Program-made: the position numbers and the translations under genes | Assembly: GCF_016432865.1 (NCBI RefSeq) | Contig: NC_067399.1 | Location: 225,928,001 to 225,992,000 of the forward strand | Direction: 5' to 3' | Source: Antechinus flavipes | Lineage: Eukaryota | Length of the DNA: 64,000 bases | In this document: piece by piece, positions 48,690-62,300 of the stretch | How positions within the stretch are numbered: the stretch's first letter is position 1 | Layout of the letters: each line of letters starts with the position of its first letter | Notes under the pieces: model-generated | The model's database searches: none | Seen by the model: the letters and a program-made list of their open reading frames with translations, nothing else | Told to the model about the DNA's origin: nothing

Positions 48690-50345
48690 TGAAGTTAAAG
48701 CACCACATATGCAATGGAAATGCTAGAAGTATTCCCAATAAATACAAGAGTAAATTAAGGAATGCCCCCTTCTAAGAAAGAAATTAAAGTTGTAAAGGGA
48801 GCCAAAGGGACCAAACCATCTCTATTAGTTGATGATATGATGCTTTTAATTAGAAAATTTAGATAACTAGCAAAAAAAATTAGATTTATTCAAGTTGAAG
48901 GCAAAATGCAACAATATTCCCAAGTAATAATAAAATCCAAGGCAATAATGGAAACAATAATACCATTCAAATTAAGTACAAAACTCACAAAATACATGGG
49001 AGACATGTACTCATTCAATACTTGTGTAGATTCAATTATAGATTGTTACTTTTAAAAATTAAATAAATAACTGGCCATCATAATGTTCATGGCCGGATAA
49101 ATAACAATTTCAAGGTGCTTGCATATTTAATACTAAACCAAATTACCAAAGGAATAGAGAATTAGATAAAAGTAATAACAAAATTCATTTGGAGAAACAA
49201 AAGATTTAGATTATATTGAGGGAAATGATGAAAAAGTACAGGCATGAAGAGGGACCAGCACTCCAGATTTCAATTTTATAAAGCAACAATTATTTTAAAA
49301 ATCACTTGGTATTGGTCAAAAAATACAAAAGTTTATCAATGGAACAGAATAGCCAAAGGAGAATAATGAAACTCAATAGCCTCATGTTTGATAAATCCCA
49401 AAATACAGATTACCTAGGTTAGAACTCCCTACCTAAAAGACTTGTTGAGAAATCTGGAAAACAATCTGTCAGAAATTAAGACTTATTCCAACATTTAATA
49501 TTTTTTACACCTTTTAGAAATAGACAATTAAAGAAATATCAAAGACCAAAAAATATTGTCTAATAAGAGATGTGATCAAAAAATATGAAAAGGCATTTCT
49601 TAAAAGAAGTTTAAACTAAGAACCATATAAAGAATATTCCAAATCACTAACATAAAATTAAGAGAAATTGACATAAACCTGAATGTCTGCCTCAGACAAT
49701 TGGCAAAAGTCACAATAGAGGGCAAAAGTGAATGTTGGCACATTATGCAAAGACAAGCATACTAATGCATTATTAGCAGAGCTATAAATTAGTACCACAA
49801 ACCTGGAAAGCAATGTGCAATCATGCAATTAAAGTCGCTAAAATGTCCTTATCCTTTGGCCTAGAGAGTCCTAAGAATATACTTCTAGGAGAGCATGTTG
49901 ACAAAAAGAAAGGTTCCATATGTGCTATTTTTTAAATTGAAACATTTACAAAGTATATAAGCCTATCATTTAGGAAATTGCTAAACAAATTGTGGTAAGA
50001 TTTACATGAAATGAGGTAAAATGAAGTAAGTGGGGCCAGGAAAAAACACACAATCGTAACAAAGCAAATGAAAAAACCACCACAAAACAAAAACTTTATA
50101 TTGCAAAATTAAAAAGAACAGATTTGGCCCTCCAAAAGATATATATATATATATATATGATGCTATGATTGTGGGTTTTGTTTTTTTACAATTTTAAAAT
50201 TAGTTTTGTTGATTAAAAAAAAAAAAAAACACTTCATGTTTTCCATTCTTTTCTTCAACATTTTCATCATGAGAGATTCTCTGGGAAGGAGATAGATATG
50301 GGAGAAAATCAAGTAATACAAAAATAAAAGATCTCAATAACCATA
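48690..50345 (+). mobile_element. Old L1 ORF2 (RT to 3' end) relic
   Basis: ttcccaataaatacaagagtaaattaaggaatgcccc (..GVKQGCP-like); tttatcaatggaacagaatag (DQWNR-like); atgtttgataaatccc. Confidence 0.7.
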
Positions 50346-51069
50346 GTTTTAGAAAACTGATGGGTTAGAAAGCTTATTATTATATGAAGAACCAGAGATA
50401 TCCTTCATGTGATATTCTTTTATCTCTATCTTTTCTGTCCCCTTCTTGTCCTCTGGTGTAATACAAAATTATGACATTTTGATGATTTTGCTTTCCTCTG
50501 CTTCTTTTTCTTTGTACCATAAATAACGAGGGGACACTACTTCCTGTCACATGACCCAGTAAGATCTGGATAAACAGATTTAAACCAGTTAACATCTCAT
50601 TATTTCCAGTCATTCCTTTTCATCACTTGTGTTTCATTGATTCCTCTCATCCAACAATAACTTCCTAAAAAATTTTTACTCAGTAATCTTGCCTGAAGCT
50701 CAGTAAATCTCTTCCTCCAATGATACAAAGGCTCCATCTACTGGCTGAAATAAATGTAGGCAAATCGATACAAATCTAACAAATAGTGCAGGGCAGAAAG
50801 ATAGTTGGGAGAAGGAGGGGAAGAGAGAGAACACAATGACCTTCCTTTGAAATCTTACTAAAATTTCTGTGGTATAGTGATGCACCTAAGCTCCTAAAGT
50901 CTAAGCCAGCACAACAAAAGTACCAGAAGATCCTATTAGGCTCAAAAGGCTTTTCCTATGGACCAGGTAAATAGAATGTCATCTGAGGCTCATCACCAGA
51001 GATTTCTCCAATCTCTGGGTGCTGAATCTAATAGCAGGAGCAACTCATGGAATCATCTAAAGCATGACT

Positions 51070-51262
51070 GACTTAAGGGATCTGCAAAATCCTTTTATCT
51101 GTGAAGAGATTTCAAGAAGTCAATGAATTTAGGGGGGAAATTATTTTCATTTCAATATAACTGATTCCCTTCTTAATCCTAAATATTATGCCAAAAGGAA
51201 GTTCCTAGGCTTCAGGAAACTGCCAACGAGGATATTTAACACAATAAAGTTTAGAACCATTA
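51070..51262. mobile_element. hAT-type MITE fragment
   Basis: atttcaatataactgattccc...taggcttcaggaaactgccaacgagg...aaagtttagaaccatt; related to 37322-37500. Confidence 0.5.
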
Positions 51263-51274
51263 TCTAAAGTGTAG

Positions 51275-51485
51275 AAACACAGGACTTGAAGCCAGGAAAA
51301 TCTCAGTTCAAATCTACACTCTTGTGGGAACCTCTTGACCTGTCTGCCTCAGTTTCCCCATATATAAAATGGGGATAAAAATAGCACCCATTTCAGATCT
51401 TTTGAGGATCAAATAAAATCATACTAGTTCCATTAGTTAAATGAAATCATACTGGCGAACCTAAAAGCACCATATAAATGCCAAG
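51275..51485 (+). mobile_element. MIR SINE
   Basis: ggacttgaagccaggaaaatctcagttcaaatc...tgcctcagtttccccatatataaaatggggataa. Confidence 0.7.
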
Positions 51486-51501
51486 CTATTATTATTGGGG
51501 G

Positions 51502-51504
<3 letters not shown>

Positions 51505-51548
<44 letters not shown>
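51505..51548. repeat. (GT)22 microsatellite
   Basis: Perfect dinucleotide run. Confidence 0.97.
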
Positions 51549-51551
<3 letters not shown>

Positions 51552-52639
51552 GAACCATTATTAGTGGAAAAACTAGTTCAATCAATGAAATTATATACCT
51601 CTTAAAATAAAGGAAAAGGAGAAAACCCAGTGTTCTATTTTCTAACAGTTTCCTTGAACACAGTGAAAAGTGGGGGCTACTGACAATTTCACAGGACAAC
51701 CAAACTATTTGGTTGAAACAGAATTTGGTTTCACGGTTACCAAGAAGTGGCAGAAAAGTACATCAAGGACATGAGACTAGAAAAGGTGGGGGACACATAT
51801 GTAAAGAGTAAGAGAAAATGGGGGGGTAGCATTGCAATACTTGGGTATAACAGGAAAGCCTACAGAGGCTTGGGGGCAAAGATTGTACGGGATGAGAAGG
51901 GAAGGATAAATTATGACCTCCATATCTTTGGAGAAAATCTCCACACTACCAGCTATATAGACTAAGAGTCAAACATGCTATTCTATACAAAAGAACAGTG
52001 AACTAGATGAATTTGGTTAAAAATGAACACAAGTAGAAATCATAACCCTAAATCCAAAATGCCAAAAGCTTTTCTCTAGCTAATCAAAAATGGATTTGGA
52101 GTGGGATGGGGTGGTTGTTCTAAACCTAGCAAAGCAAGGAGAAAGTATCCTGTTCCTTATTTGGTCCTTGTTTGGTTGAGATTTCTAATATGGTAGATTA
52201 TGAAGAAGAATAAAGACTAGCCCACCTCTTCACACTTAAAAGAAAGATAGTACTCCAAGTAAATAGGGCAGAAATCAAGTATTACTTGACAGATGTATAT
52301 GCTAGCAGTTACTTTAATAATATGCTTCTCTGCAGTATGCTGGGTTCCTAATGAGAAGGGTAACAATAATCAGAACTGCAATCTATTCCTACCTAAGCAA
52401 TCTCAGATAAAGAAAAAATTCAAAATTTCTTTTCAGTTTAAAAAGGTTAGGAAACCCTTGCTATAATTCTATTACATGAATAAGAGTAGGGAAAGTAGGG
52501 AGGAGGGTAGTTGTTTTTAGCATATAAAATTTATTGTAACCAAATCAATAAACTCATTCTATAGCCAGGTATGAAAATGATGACAACTTTGCTACAAGAA
52601 AAATATCTTAAGCTCTAGAAATAATTTCATAAATTTGTT

Positions 52640-53060
52640 AAAATAGACAACCACTTAGAATTTCAAGGGAAACAAAGAGAAGTAGCAATTCCAGGACTCA
52701 TACTATACTGTCAAATAGTAATCATCAAAACTACTTGATAACATTTAGAGAATAGGAAAACTGATCAACAAACAAGAATCAAACAAGAATCAGAACCAAA
52801 TAAACTCAATAATTCAGTTTGATAATCCAAGAACATATAGGCCTTTTTTTTTTTTATTAGTGCCTAAGAGTGATAGACAAAACTATGTGCTCAATAAATA
52901 TTTGCTGATTGACTAATATAAACTATCTGGGGGAGAATTCTATATGACAATAGGAGAACCTCTAAAACATTCTTGCATAAATAATAATTAAGCAAAATTT
53001 TATGCCATATGCCCCAACTCAAAATGTATACATTACCTAAATGTAAAAAGTCCGACTGCT
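52640..53060 (+). mobile_element. Old L1 ORF2 fragment with an embedded L2 tail
   Basis: gtagcaattccaggactcatactatactgtcaaatagtaatcatcaaaac (A.P...YY....IKT-like); tttgataatccaagaac. Confidence 0.55.
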
Positions 53061-53335
53061 AAAATAAGAGAAGAGGAATGAACATCCCAAAAGCACCTCA
53101 AACTCCACACAATATCTTTTAAATTTGTATCTTCTGAACATAGCACCCTCCCTGAGATAGTAGGTGCTTTAAAAAATGCTTATTGATTGACTGATTATCT
53201 AAATTACCTTCTTTCTATAGCAGACACAACATCTTTCCATTAATATAGGTTTGCAAACTTGGTGGAATCTTTTTTTTCCCACCCAAGTATAAGCCCTCTG
53301 GAATTGTCTTCGAGCTTAAGTTGTACTCTACCTTT

Positions 53336-53565
53336 TGGGTCAGCTAGATGATTCAATAAATAGAATGCTGAGCCTGGGATGAGGAAGACCCGAATTTAAT
53401 TTCAGACATTTAAGAACTGTGACTTTGGGCAAGTCATTTAAACTCTCTTTTTTGCTTCACTTTCTTTAACTGTACAATAGTGATACTAACAGCACTCACG
53501 TCCTAGGAAATTTTAAAACACTGAACACAGTGCCTAATACATGGTAGGAAATAAATAAATAAATG
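53336..53565 (+). mobile_element. CORE-SINE
   Basis: gggtcagctagatg...ctgtgactttgggcaagtcatttaaactc...cacagtgcctaatacatggtagg. Confidence 0.75.
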
Positions 53566-53899
53566 TGTGTTCCTTTCCCCTTGATTGTCTTTAATTAAAG
53601 GATCAAACCAACTGCCACCAAAACTCCCCTTTACAGTCTGAACCAGATTAAGAGACAATTGGGAGAATTTTAACATGATTTTAAAAAATATGCCACACAG
53701 ATTATGTTAAATTGTGGTCTTCTGAGTAGCCTAAAGAGATCCATTTCTATTTGAGTTTGGCACTACTTGTCTTAAGTTTTGCCCAATAATGACCATAATG
53801 CTTCTGTAAAGCACACATTCCCCTTCTGTTCTTACAGAATCAGGATTACATTTTTTTTCTATAGCGGACATAACATCTTTCCATTAATATAGGTTTGCA

Positions 53900-53999
53900 A
53901 ACTTGGTGGAATCTTTTTTTTTTTTTGCACCCAAATATAAGCCCTCTGGAATTTTCTTCGATCACTATATTGACCAGAGTAGCCAAATCTTTCACAGTT

Positions 54000-54032
<33 letters not shown>

Positions 54033-56560
54033 ATAGAGATATAGATATAGATAGATATATAGATATAATATATAGATACAGATATATATGTAAACAACAC
54101 TTTTCCCCTTATTCTTTCCAATATGTCATTTCTGATAAGTGTGAGGAAGTACTTCAGAGTTGTTTTAATTTGCATTTCTCTAATCAATAGTGATTTAAAA
54201 CATTTGTTCATATGACTATAAATAGCTTTGATTTCTTCTAAAAATTGATTGTTCATATCCTTTTTCCATTTACAAACTGAGAAATGGCTCTTAGAAACTT
54301 GACTCAGTTTCCTATATATTTGAGAAATGAGGCCTTTATCAGAGAAATCAGATATAAATTAAAAAAAAAAACTTCATTTTCTAAGGTACTTTTAAAAGGA
54401 AAATGCCATTTCCTTGTATTCTTTTAATTAGGTCTATTTTTGCTTTTGCTTTGTCTGAGATCATGATTACTATCCCTATCTTTTGTTTTATTTTTTTTAA
54501 ACTTCAGCTGATTACAGATTCTGCTTCAGCTCTTTATTTTCCATGTGTGCCTTTATGTTTCAAGTGTCTCTTATAAACAACATATCAAATTCTAGTTTCT
54601 AATTCATTCTGTTAACTGTTTCCATTTCATGGATGAATTCATCCCATTCACATTTATAGTTATGATTATTGTGAATTTCCTTCTATCAATTTCCTGCCTA
54701 TCCTTTTCTCTTTTTATTCTGTCCCTCCTCAAAAGTCTGTTTTGCTTCTGACCAGACTCCCTTAATTTATCCCTCCCAGTCTTTTATCCTCCCCTATCTC
54801 CCTAATGAATAAGAGATTTCTTTATCCTACAGAGTATGTAATCTTCCCTCTTTCAACCAATTTGGATAAGAGTGAGTTTCAAGGATTAAAACCCACCCTC
54901 CATTTTCACCTCCTCTATAAAAGTTGTTTTCTCTCTTATTTTACCTTTTTTATATTTCTCTTGGGTTTTGTGTTTGAATGTCAAATTTTCTATTCAGTTG
55001 TTGTTTCCTTTTCCCCTATCCCTATCAGAAATGCTTTAAAGTACTCTATTTCACTGAATGTTTATTCCCCACCCCCCTCCACTTTAAAGGATTAAACTGT
55101 TTTGCTGAAGAGGTTATTTTTGGTTGTAATCCTAGCTCTTCTGCTTCGCAGAATCTCATATTCTAAACATTCTGCTCCTTTTTGTGGAAGCTTCCAGATC
55201 TTGTATGATGTGGCCTTTGGCTCCATGGTATTTGATTGGTTCTTTCTAACTACTTGCAATATTTTCTCCTGACCAGTGAGTTCTGATATTTAGCTATAAA
55301 TGTTAGTGGTAATTTGGAATCTCAGAAAGCGATGGGTAGATTATTTTAGTTACTATTTTACCATCTAGGTCAGCGCAGTTTTCTTTAATAGTTTCTTGAA
55401 AAATGATATATAGACTTTTTTTTCTGATCATGGATTTTGGGTAGTCCAATAATTCTTAGCTCATCTCTTCTTGATCTTGTTTCCTGGTCAGTTTTTTTTT
55501 AAATGAAATATATCACAGTTTCTTCTATTTTTTCATTCTTTTGACTTTTTTATTGTTTCCTGAAGTCTTATGAAATCACCAGCTTCTGCTTGCCTAATTC
55601 TAATATTCAAGGAATTATTTTTTTCTGTGAACTTTCATATTTCTTTTTCCATGGCCAATTTTGCTTTTTATGGAGTTCTTCAGTGAATTTTTGTACCTAT
55701 TTTACCATTAGGCCAATCCTGTTATTGTTCTTGTTTTAGGTACTATTTTCTTCAGGATTTTTTGTGTCTCTTTCACTAACACTATGGATTCTATTTTCAT
55801 AATTTTCTTGAATCACTGACTTTCTCCCCTCCCCCTCCGCCCCCATTTTCCTCTATCACTCTATTCTTTTTCTTTAACTCTTCCCAGGAATTCTTGTTTG
55901 GCTTGGGCCCAATTAGCATATTTCTTTGAGGCATAGGTTGATATTGCCAGCTTCTGCATTTATGCTTTAGTCTTATCACATTAATTTTTTTATGATCAAG
56001 TTCTTCTTCTTTTTTCTTTTTTTTTGCTCATTTTTTCCCAGCCTATTTCTTCACTTTGAATTTAAGTTAAAGTTGGACTTTGTTCATGTAGGGGTGGGAA
56101 GGCACTGAACCAAGCTTCAGGCTTTTTTGTGCTGTTGCTTTTGGAGTTAGTTCTGGAGGCCTACAAGTTTCTGGTGCTTCTAAAGTGATGCAATGTGGGG
56201 AATAGGTCTGATTACTGCTCTCCTGGTCTGTGCTCTGGTCTTTACCAAGTATGAGACCTTGTTTCCCTGTAGCCTCAAGCACTAGCACTCGGCTCAGTCT
56301 AACATTGTGACTAGATTCCCTGTTTTCCTGCAGCTGCAGGTACTTTCTTGACATTAGAATGGTGACAAGGGCCTCTATTCTCCTGCAGCAAGCACTAGTA
56401 TTCCCTTCTGCCAGGGAACTGCAACTCAGATCTTTGCTACCTAGAAGTACCTAACCCCATCATAGTCTGTAGGCTGAGAGCTTCTGAAAGTGCCAGGATC
56501 GCTTCCAAGATCTACTACCCCTGGTGTGGCTACTGTGTGTACTCCACTCCAGAATGATAT
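53900..56560 (-). mobile_element. L1 with 5'UTR, ORF1, spacer, EN N-terminus, then an ORF2 C-terminal/3'UTR piece (ORF2 core missing)
   Basis: ORF1 remnant KILQ..RK..KYHGA....QDL.AST (~55150-55270); EN start IITINVNGMN (~54640-54670) to ISDKAKAKIDLIKR (~54420-54470); ORF 53999-54256 ([14 protein letters not shown]) is ORF2 C-terminus. Confidence 0.8.
54001..54092. repeat. Compound (GT)n/(GATA-like)n microsatellite
   Basis: atatgtgtgtg...gtatagagatatagatatagatagatatat. Confidence 0.85.
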
Positions 56561-56949
56561 CCACTGATCCACTGCAGTATCACTGACTTCTCCAGCCAAC
56601 TTCCTGATTTGTGTCTAGGAATATTACCCCTGCAAAAAGTTTGGGAATGACCACACTTCCTAAATCATTCTGTATGAAGCAGGGCTGTCCAGAAGTAAAA
56701 TGAATGCTGGATTAGATTGTCTCTGTAGAGATCCTTCCATCTATGATCTATTAGTCTCTTCCATAAATATTCTATATGCCATAATGTACAAACCTCTGCT
56801 CCAAGGCATTAAGCACTCAGTAAGACTGCTTAGATAACTCCACAATAATTCCAAAGAGACTCATAATGGAAAATAGTATCCACTTCGGGAGAGAAAACTG
56901 ATTAACTTAAAAAAAAAAAAAAAAAAAAGCTTAGTATCTTTATTTTCCT

Positions 56950-59770
56950 GTTACATGTAAAACAATTTTTCATATTTGTTTTTAAAACTTGGAGTTCCAG
57001 ATTCTCTCCCTTCCTCCCCATTCCTATCCTCCTTTAAGAAAGCACATGTGAAGTTATGCAAAACATTTCCAAAAAAACATGATGTAAAAGAAAACACATC
57101 TCTCCTTTAACACAAAAAATCCCTCAAGAAAAATAAAGTTTAAAACAAACCAAAAAAAATCTGTATTCAGACAAAAATCAGTTTTTTCTCTGGGTATGGA
57201 CACCATTTTTCATCGTTAAGTGCTTCAAAGTAGTCATGGGTCACTGCTGCTGAGAACAGAAGTCATTCACAGCTGATCTTCCCACAATATTACTATTACT
57301 TTGTACACAGTACATTTGCTTGAATTCATAGAGGACTTTCAGGTTTTTCTGAGATCATCCTGCTTATCATTTCCCATATAACAATTATATTTCATCAAGA
57401 CCGCATACCACAATTTATTTATTCAGTCATTCCCCAACTGATAGGCATCCTCTCAATTTTCAATTTTTTACCCTTGGAAAAGAGGTGTTATAAATATTCT
57501 TTGTACATATGAGTCCTTTTCCTTTTTAAAAATATCTTTTGTAATTCATGCCTTTGATTCTTATCAAAGAATATGCACGATTTTACAGGTTTGGAGCACA
57601 GTTTATATCTTAATCACCTGTCAATTGAAGAATGGCTCTTGTTTTTTTGTTTTTTCAGTTCCCTATATATTTTAATCAGAGAAATTTGTTTCAAAATTCT
57701 TTTTTCCAGTTTCTGTGGCCAATTATATTTCTCCCATTTATTCTGTTCTGTCTTCTTTCACTCTGACTCTCCTCAGAATTTCTTTGCTACTGATCCCTCC
57801 CTCCTCCAATATATCCTTTTTACTATCCCCCTTTTCTGTAGGGTAAGACAGATTTCTATGCCTATATTGTGTGTGTATCCTATATGTTATACAGGCTCTT
57901 TGAGACAAGTCTGATGAGTAAGATTCATGCATTTCACCTTTCTTTCCCTTCTTCCTCTCCATCATAAAAGCTTTTTTTTTTACCTCTTTTATGGCAGATA
58001 ACTTATGCCATTCCACCTCTCCCTTTCTCATCCTCCCAATACATTCCTCTCACCTCTTCGTTTTATTTTTTAAAATATATTATCTCTTCACATTCAACTC
58101 ACACAACTCTGTCTATAAATACTTCTTTTAACAGCCATAATGATAAAGTTCTAACAAGTTACAAATATCATTCTTCCATGTCAGGATGTAAATAGGTAAA
58201 CTTTTTTTAAGTCCCTCATGACATCCCTTTCCCTTTTACCTCCTTATACTTCCCCTGAATCTTATATTTGAAAAATCAGATTTTTCTACTTACTCTGTTT
58301 TTTTTTCCTATCACAAATGCTTGAAAGTTCTCTATTTCATTGAAAAGCCACCTTTTCTCCTGAAGGAGTATACTTTGTTTTGCAGAATAAGTGACTCTTG
58401 GTTGAAAACCTAGCTCTATTGCTCTCCAGAATATCATATTTCAGCCTTCTGATCCTTTAATATAGAAGCTGCTAATTTTTGTGTTATTCTGTGGCTTTAC
58501 TATACCTGAATTACTTCTTCCTGAACACTTGCAATATTTACTCCATGACCAGGGAATTATAGAACCTGGATATAATATTCTTGGGAGTTTTCATCTTGGG
58601 ATTTCTTTCAAGAGATGATTGGTGGATTCATTCAATTTCTATTCTACCCTCTGGTTCTAGAATATCAGGACAGTTTTCATTGATAATTTTTTAAAAGATG
58701 ATGGCTAGGCTCTTTTTTTTTTTTTTTTTTTTTTTAAATCATGCTTTTCAGGTAATCCAATAATTTTAAAATGATCTCACCTGAATTTATTTTCCAGGTC
58801 AGTTGTTTTCCCAATGAAGTATTCACAATGTCTTCTATTTTTTTCATCTTTTGGTTTTGTTTTATTGTTTCTTAATTTCTCATTAAGTCATTAGCTTCCA
58901 TTTGCTCAATTCAAGGAATTATTTTCCTCAGTGAGCTTTTGTACCTCCTGTCCCATTTGACCAGTTTTGCTTTTTAAGGAATTCTTCTCATTAGTTTTTA
59001 AAATTTCCTTTTGCCACCATTCTCATTTGTCTTCTCAATTTTTTCTCTACCTCTCTTACTTGATTTTCAAAATCCCATTTGAATTCTTCCAGGGTCTGAG
59101 ACCAATTCTTATTTTTCTTTGGGGCTTTGGATGTACAAACTTTGACTTTGTTATCTTCCTCTGAGTGTTATGATCCTTCTTGTCACCAAAAGAACTGTCC
59201 ATGATCTTCTTCTATTACCTGCTCATTTTTGTAACCTATTTATTACTCTGCTTTTAACTCTTTATTAAAGTAGGGCTCCATTTCCAGGGTGGAGGGTGCA
59301 CTATCCCAAGCTTCAGGGATTTTGAGCAGCTGTTATCAAAGACCATTCTAGGCACCTGATTACAAATGCTCTTCCTGAAACTGTGAGAAGTGTCCCCACT
59401 CCCCTGTAGTTCCCCTCAGCCCAAGCCCACTCATGGTTTGCTGGTTTCCCAACGCCCTTGCTGACAAACAGTTCTTGCTGACCGTTGGGATAAAAGGTCT
59501 AGAAATTGTCGGTGCTGCCACCAATTCAGAGGTCCAAGGCCCCTTCCTGCTTTACTGGTGCTGAGGCAAGGTTCGCACAAGCATGGCCTGCTGGTCCAGG
59601 ATTACATACTGAACTCCCACCCTGATGCCACAGTTCTTTCCTGCTGACCATCTAAGCTGTCTATGGCTGAAGAATGTTCCATCTTTTTATGTGTTCTGAC
59701 ACTCTAAAATTTGTTCAGAGTCATTAGTTAAAGAATTTGGAACGGTATGGGGAAAAGCTTGGTTTCACTT
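56950..59770 (-). mobile_element. HAL1-like L1 derivative: 5'UTR, ORF1, spacer joined directly to ORF2 tail/3'UTR
   Basis: ORF1-like block 58380-59200, homologous to 55100-55800; spacer 57720-58350 homologous to 54700-55050; no recognisable EN or RT. Confidence 0.7.
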
Positions 59771-61179
59771 CCTCAAAACTGATGAACGTTTGAATAAAAA
59801 TTGAAGCCCAATTTCTTTTCCATTTTCTTTATTCTTCTTGCTTTGTCCATCCCATAATATTGCAAATGTGAAAATGTTTTGTATAACTCCATAGACATAA
59901 TAGGTACAAAATAGGTATATTTCTTGCCTTTTTCAAAGGGATTTCAAATTGAAAATAATTTTAAAAAACAATGTTTAAATGTCTTTAATTCTGTTTTACC
60001 CTATAAACCTCTCTGAAATTCATATAGATGGCAATCTGGAACTTGTATTCATGTGCTTAGTGGAACAGTATAAAAGCCAATAACAATCTCAATTAGGACT
60101 ATATTGTTATTATAGCTATAATAGTATATATTAACAAAGAAGTTAATAAAATGTAAACTGTGCCACTGGCTCCTGCACATCATAAAAAATTGGAAGTTAG
60201 GTATTTATGTATTATCTTCCTAATACTCAATGACCAGCTCCTAGAATTTAGAAAATATTCAACCAAGAACAGATTAACAATTCCATTTTTCATTTGAGAA
60301 AGGAAGCATATAATTCAATTTTTCAGAAAATTTCACTGTAGAAGAATTAAATATTAAATTGACAGAAATAATCTAGGCAAACAAACACACAGAAAAGCAA
60401 TCTGAAAAGCACAGTTATAATGCAGATTGTTGGTATGTACATAATTCAAAACAGCAAGTAACTATAAAAATAATTTAACTTTGAAATTTTTTTAAATAGC
60501 TTTGTATATACCCATATGAACTTGGGAAACTTACTTTTTAAGTTTGATCTTAAAAGAATTAAGCTAGAACTAGTTTGAGACAATTTAGGTTAAAATTATG
60601 GTTATAAGAGCCCTTCTAGTTCCAAATCTATGATTCTATAATAAATCCCTGCTGCATAAACTCTTCAAAGCAATATTAAATGATATTTAACACATTTACT
60701 CTTTCCTTAAACACATACAAACTCTTAGATATGTATTTATAAAGTCCGTCTGCAAATTAATTTGAGCACTGTCACTTCTTGTACAAATTGTGCTTTAATA
60801 TCTTTACATTCAAATGATCAGTATGGTTATAGTAAATCTCTTCTACAATTTAGTAAAAACACTGGAAATGACTATTACCTAATATAAAAAGAAACCTAAG
60901 GCATTGACATTGAAAGCAAGTATCTTTTGACTTTCTGGTTTCTTCCCAAAATAAGCACTGAATCGAAACTAGCTGAGAAACACATTTAAGTATCAAAGAT
61001 ATGGATCACAATTTCAAGGACTAGTCAGCTAGTGACGCTGTCAGCTGCAAAGTAGAAAGAAAACATTAAGACTAATGAGGATGAATATTTAACAATAACC
61101 ACCAATCTAATAACTTCTGTGTTTCTGCTCCTATGTGAGTTTACTTTTACTTCTCCTAAACTATACTCTATTTTTAGTG

Positions 61180-62300
61180 CAACTATTTTTACATTTATAA
61201 TTTCATATATAATTTGAATATAATATGTGTCTCGGCTGTCAAGACAACAAACCAGTGCTAGGCACTGTGTTAAGTGATGGAGATATAAAGAAAGGCCAAC
61301 CACAGCCCTTTCTGTATGGCAAGAAACTAGAAACTGAGTGGATGCCCATCAATTGGAGAATGGCTGAATAAATTATGATATATGAATGTTATGGAATACT
61401 ACTGTTCTATATGAAATGACCAACAGGATGATTTCAGAGAGACCTGGAGAGACTTACATGAACTGATGCTGAATGAAAAGAGCAGAACCAGGAGATCATT
61501 ATACATGACAACAAGAAGATTGCATGATGATCAATTCTGATGGATGTAACTCTCTTTAACAATCAGATAATTCAAACCAGTTCCAATTGTTCAGTGATGA
61601 AGAGAGCCATCTATACCCAGAGATGTACAAATCTACATTGTACACAGTAACAGCAAGATTATTTGATGATCAATTACAAAAGATTTGATTCTTCTCAGCA
61701 ATTCAGTGATTCCAATAAACTTCAGATAGACAATACCATCTGCTTTCAGAGAGACAACTATGGAGACAGAAGTAAATCAACATTTGCTGTATTCCCCTTT
61801 TCCCACCCTTTTTATTCTTTTTTTTCTTCCTTGTAGTTTTCCCCTTTTGTTCTGATTTTTCTCTCCCAATATGATTCACAAGGAAATGTTTTTTTTTTTA
61901 AATGAATGGACATGTATAACCAGGGGGAAAAAATAAGCACACACACAAAAAAAGCCAAAACAAACCCTGCTCTCAAATAGGTAAGTCTAATAAAAGAGGC
62001 AGCAAACATACAAACAACTATGTACAGACAAGATTAGTTCAGGATAAATTAGATATAATCTCAGAGGGAAGATATTAAAATTAAAGGGAACCAAAAAAAT
62101 GTTTCTTGTAGCAGGTTGAAACAAGGAAGCCAGGAGGCAGCGATAAGGAGAAAGAGAGTCCCAAGCATGGAGAACAGCCAATGAAAACATCTGAAGTAGG
62201 ACTACGAAGTATCTTATTGAAGAAACAGTAAGTCAGTGGATTGTTGAATACATGGAAAGGAGACTAGAAAAGTAGGAAAAGTTGAGGTTTTGAAGAGCTA
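61180..62300 (-). mobile_element. L2 3' relic split by an L1 insertion
   Basis: ccagtgctaggcactgtgttaagtgatggagatataaag...|...ccctgctctcaaataggtaagtctaat... Confidence 0.65.
61310..61950 (+). mobile_element. Composite L1 3' region (younger piece 61318-61624 fused to an older-type 3'UTR)
   Basis: aaactgagtggatgcccatcaattggagaatggctgaataa...ctatacccagagat, then a restart at cattgtacacagtaacagcaag. Confidence 0.8.
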
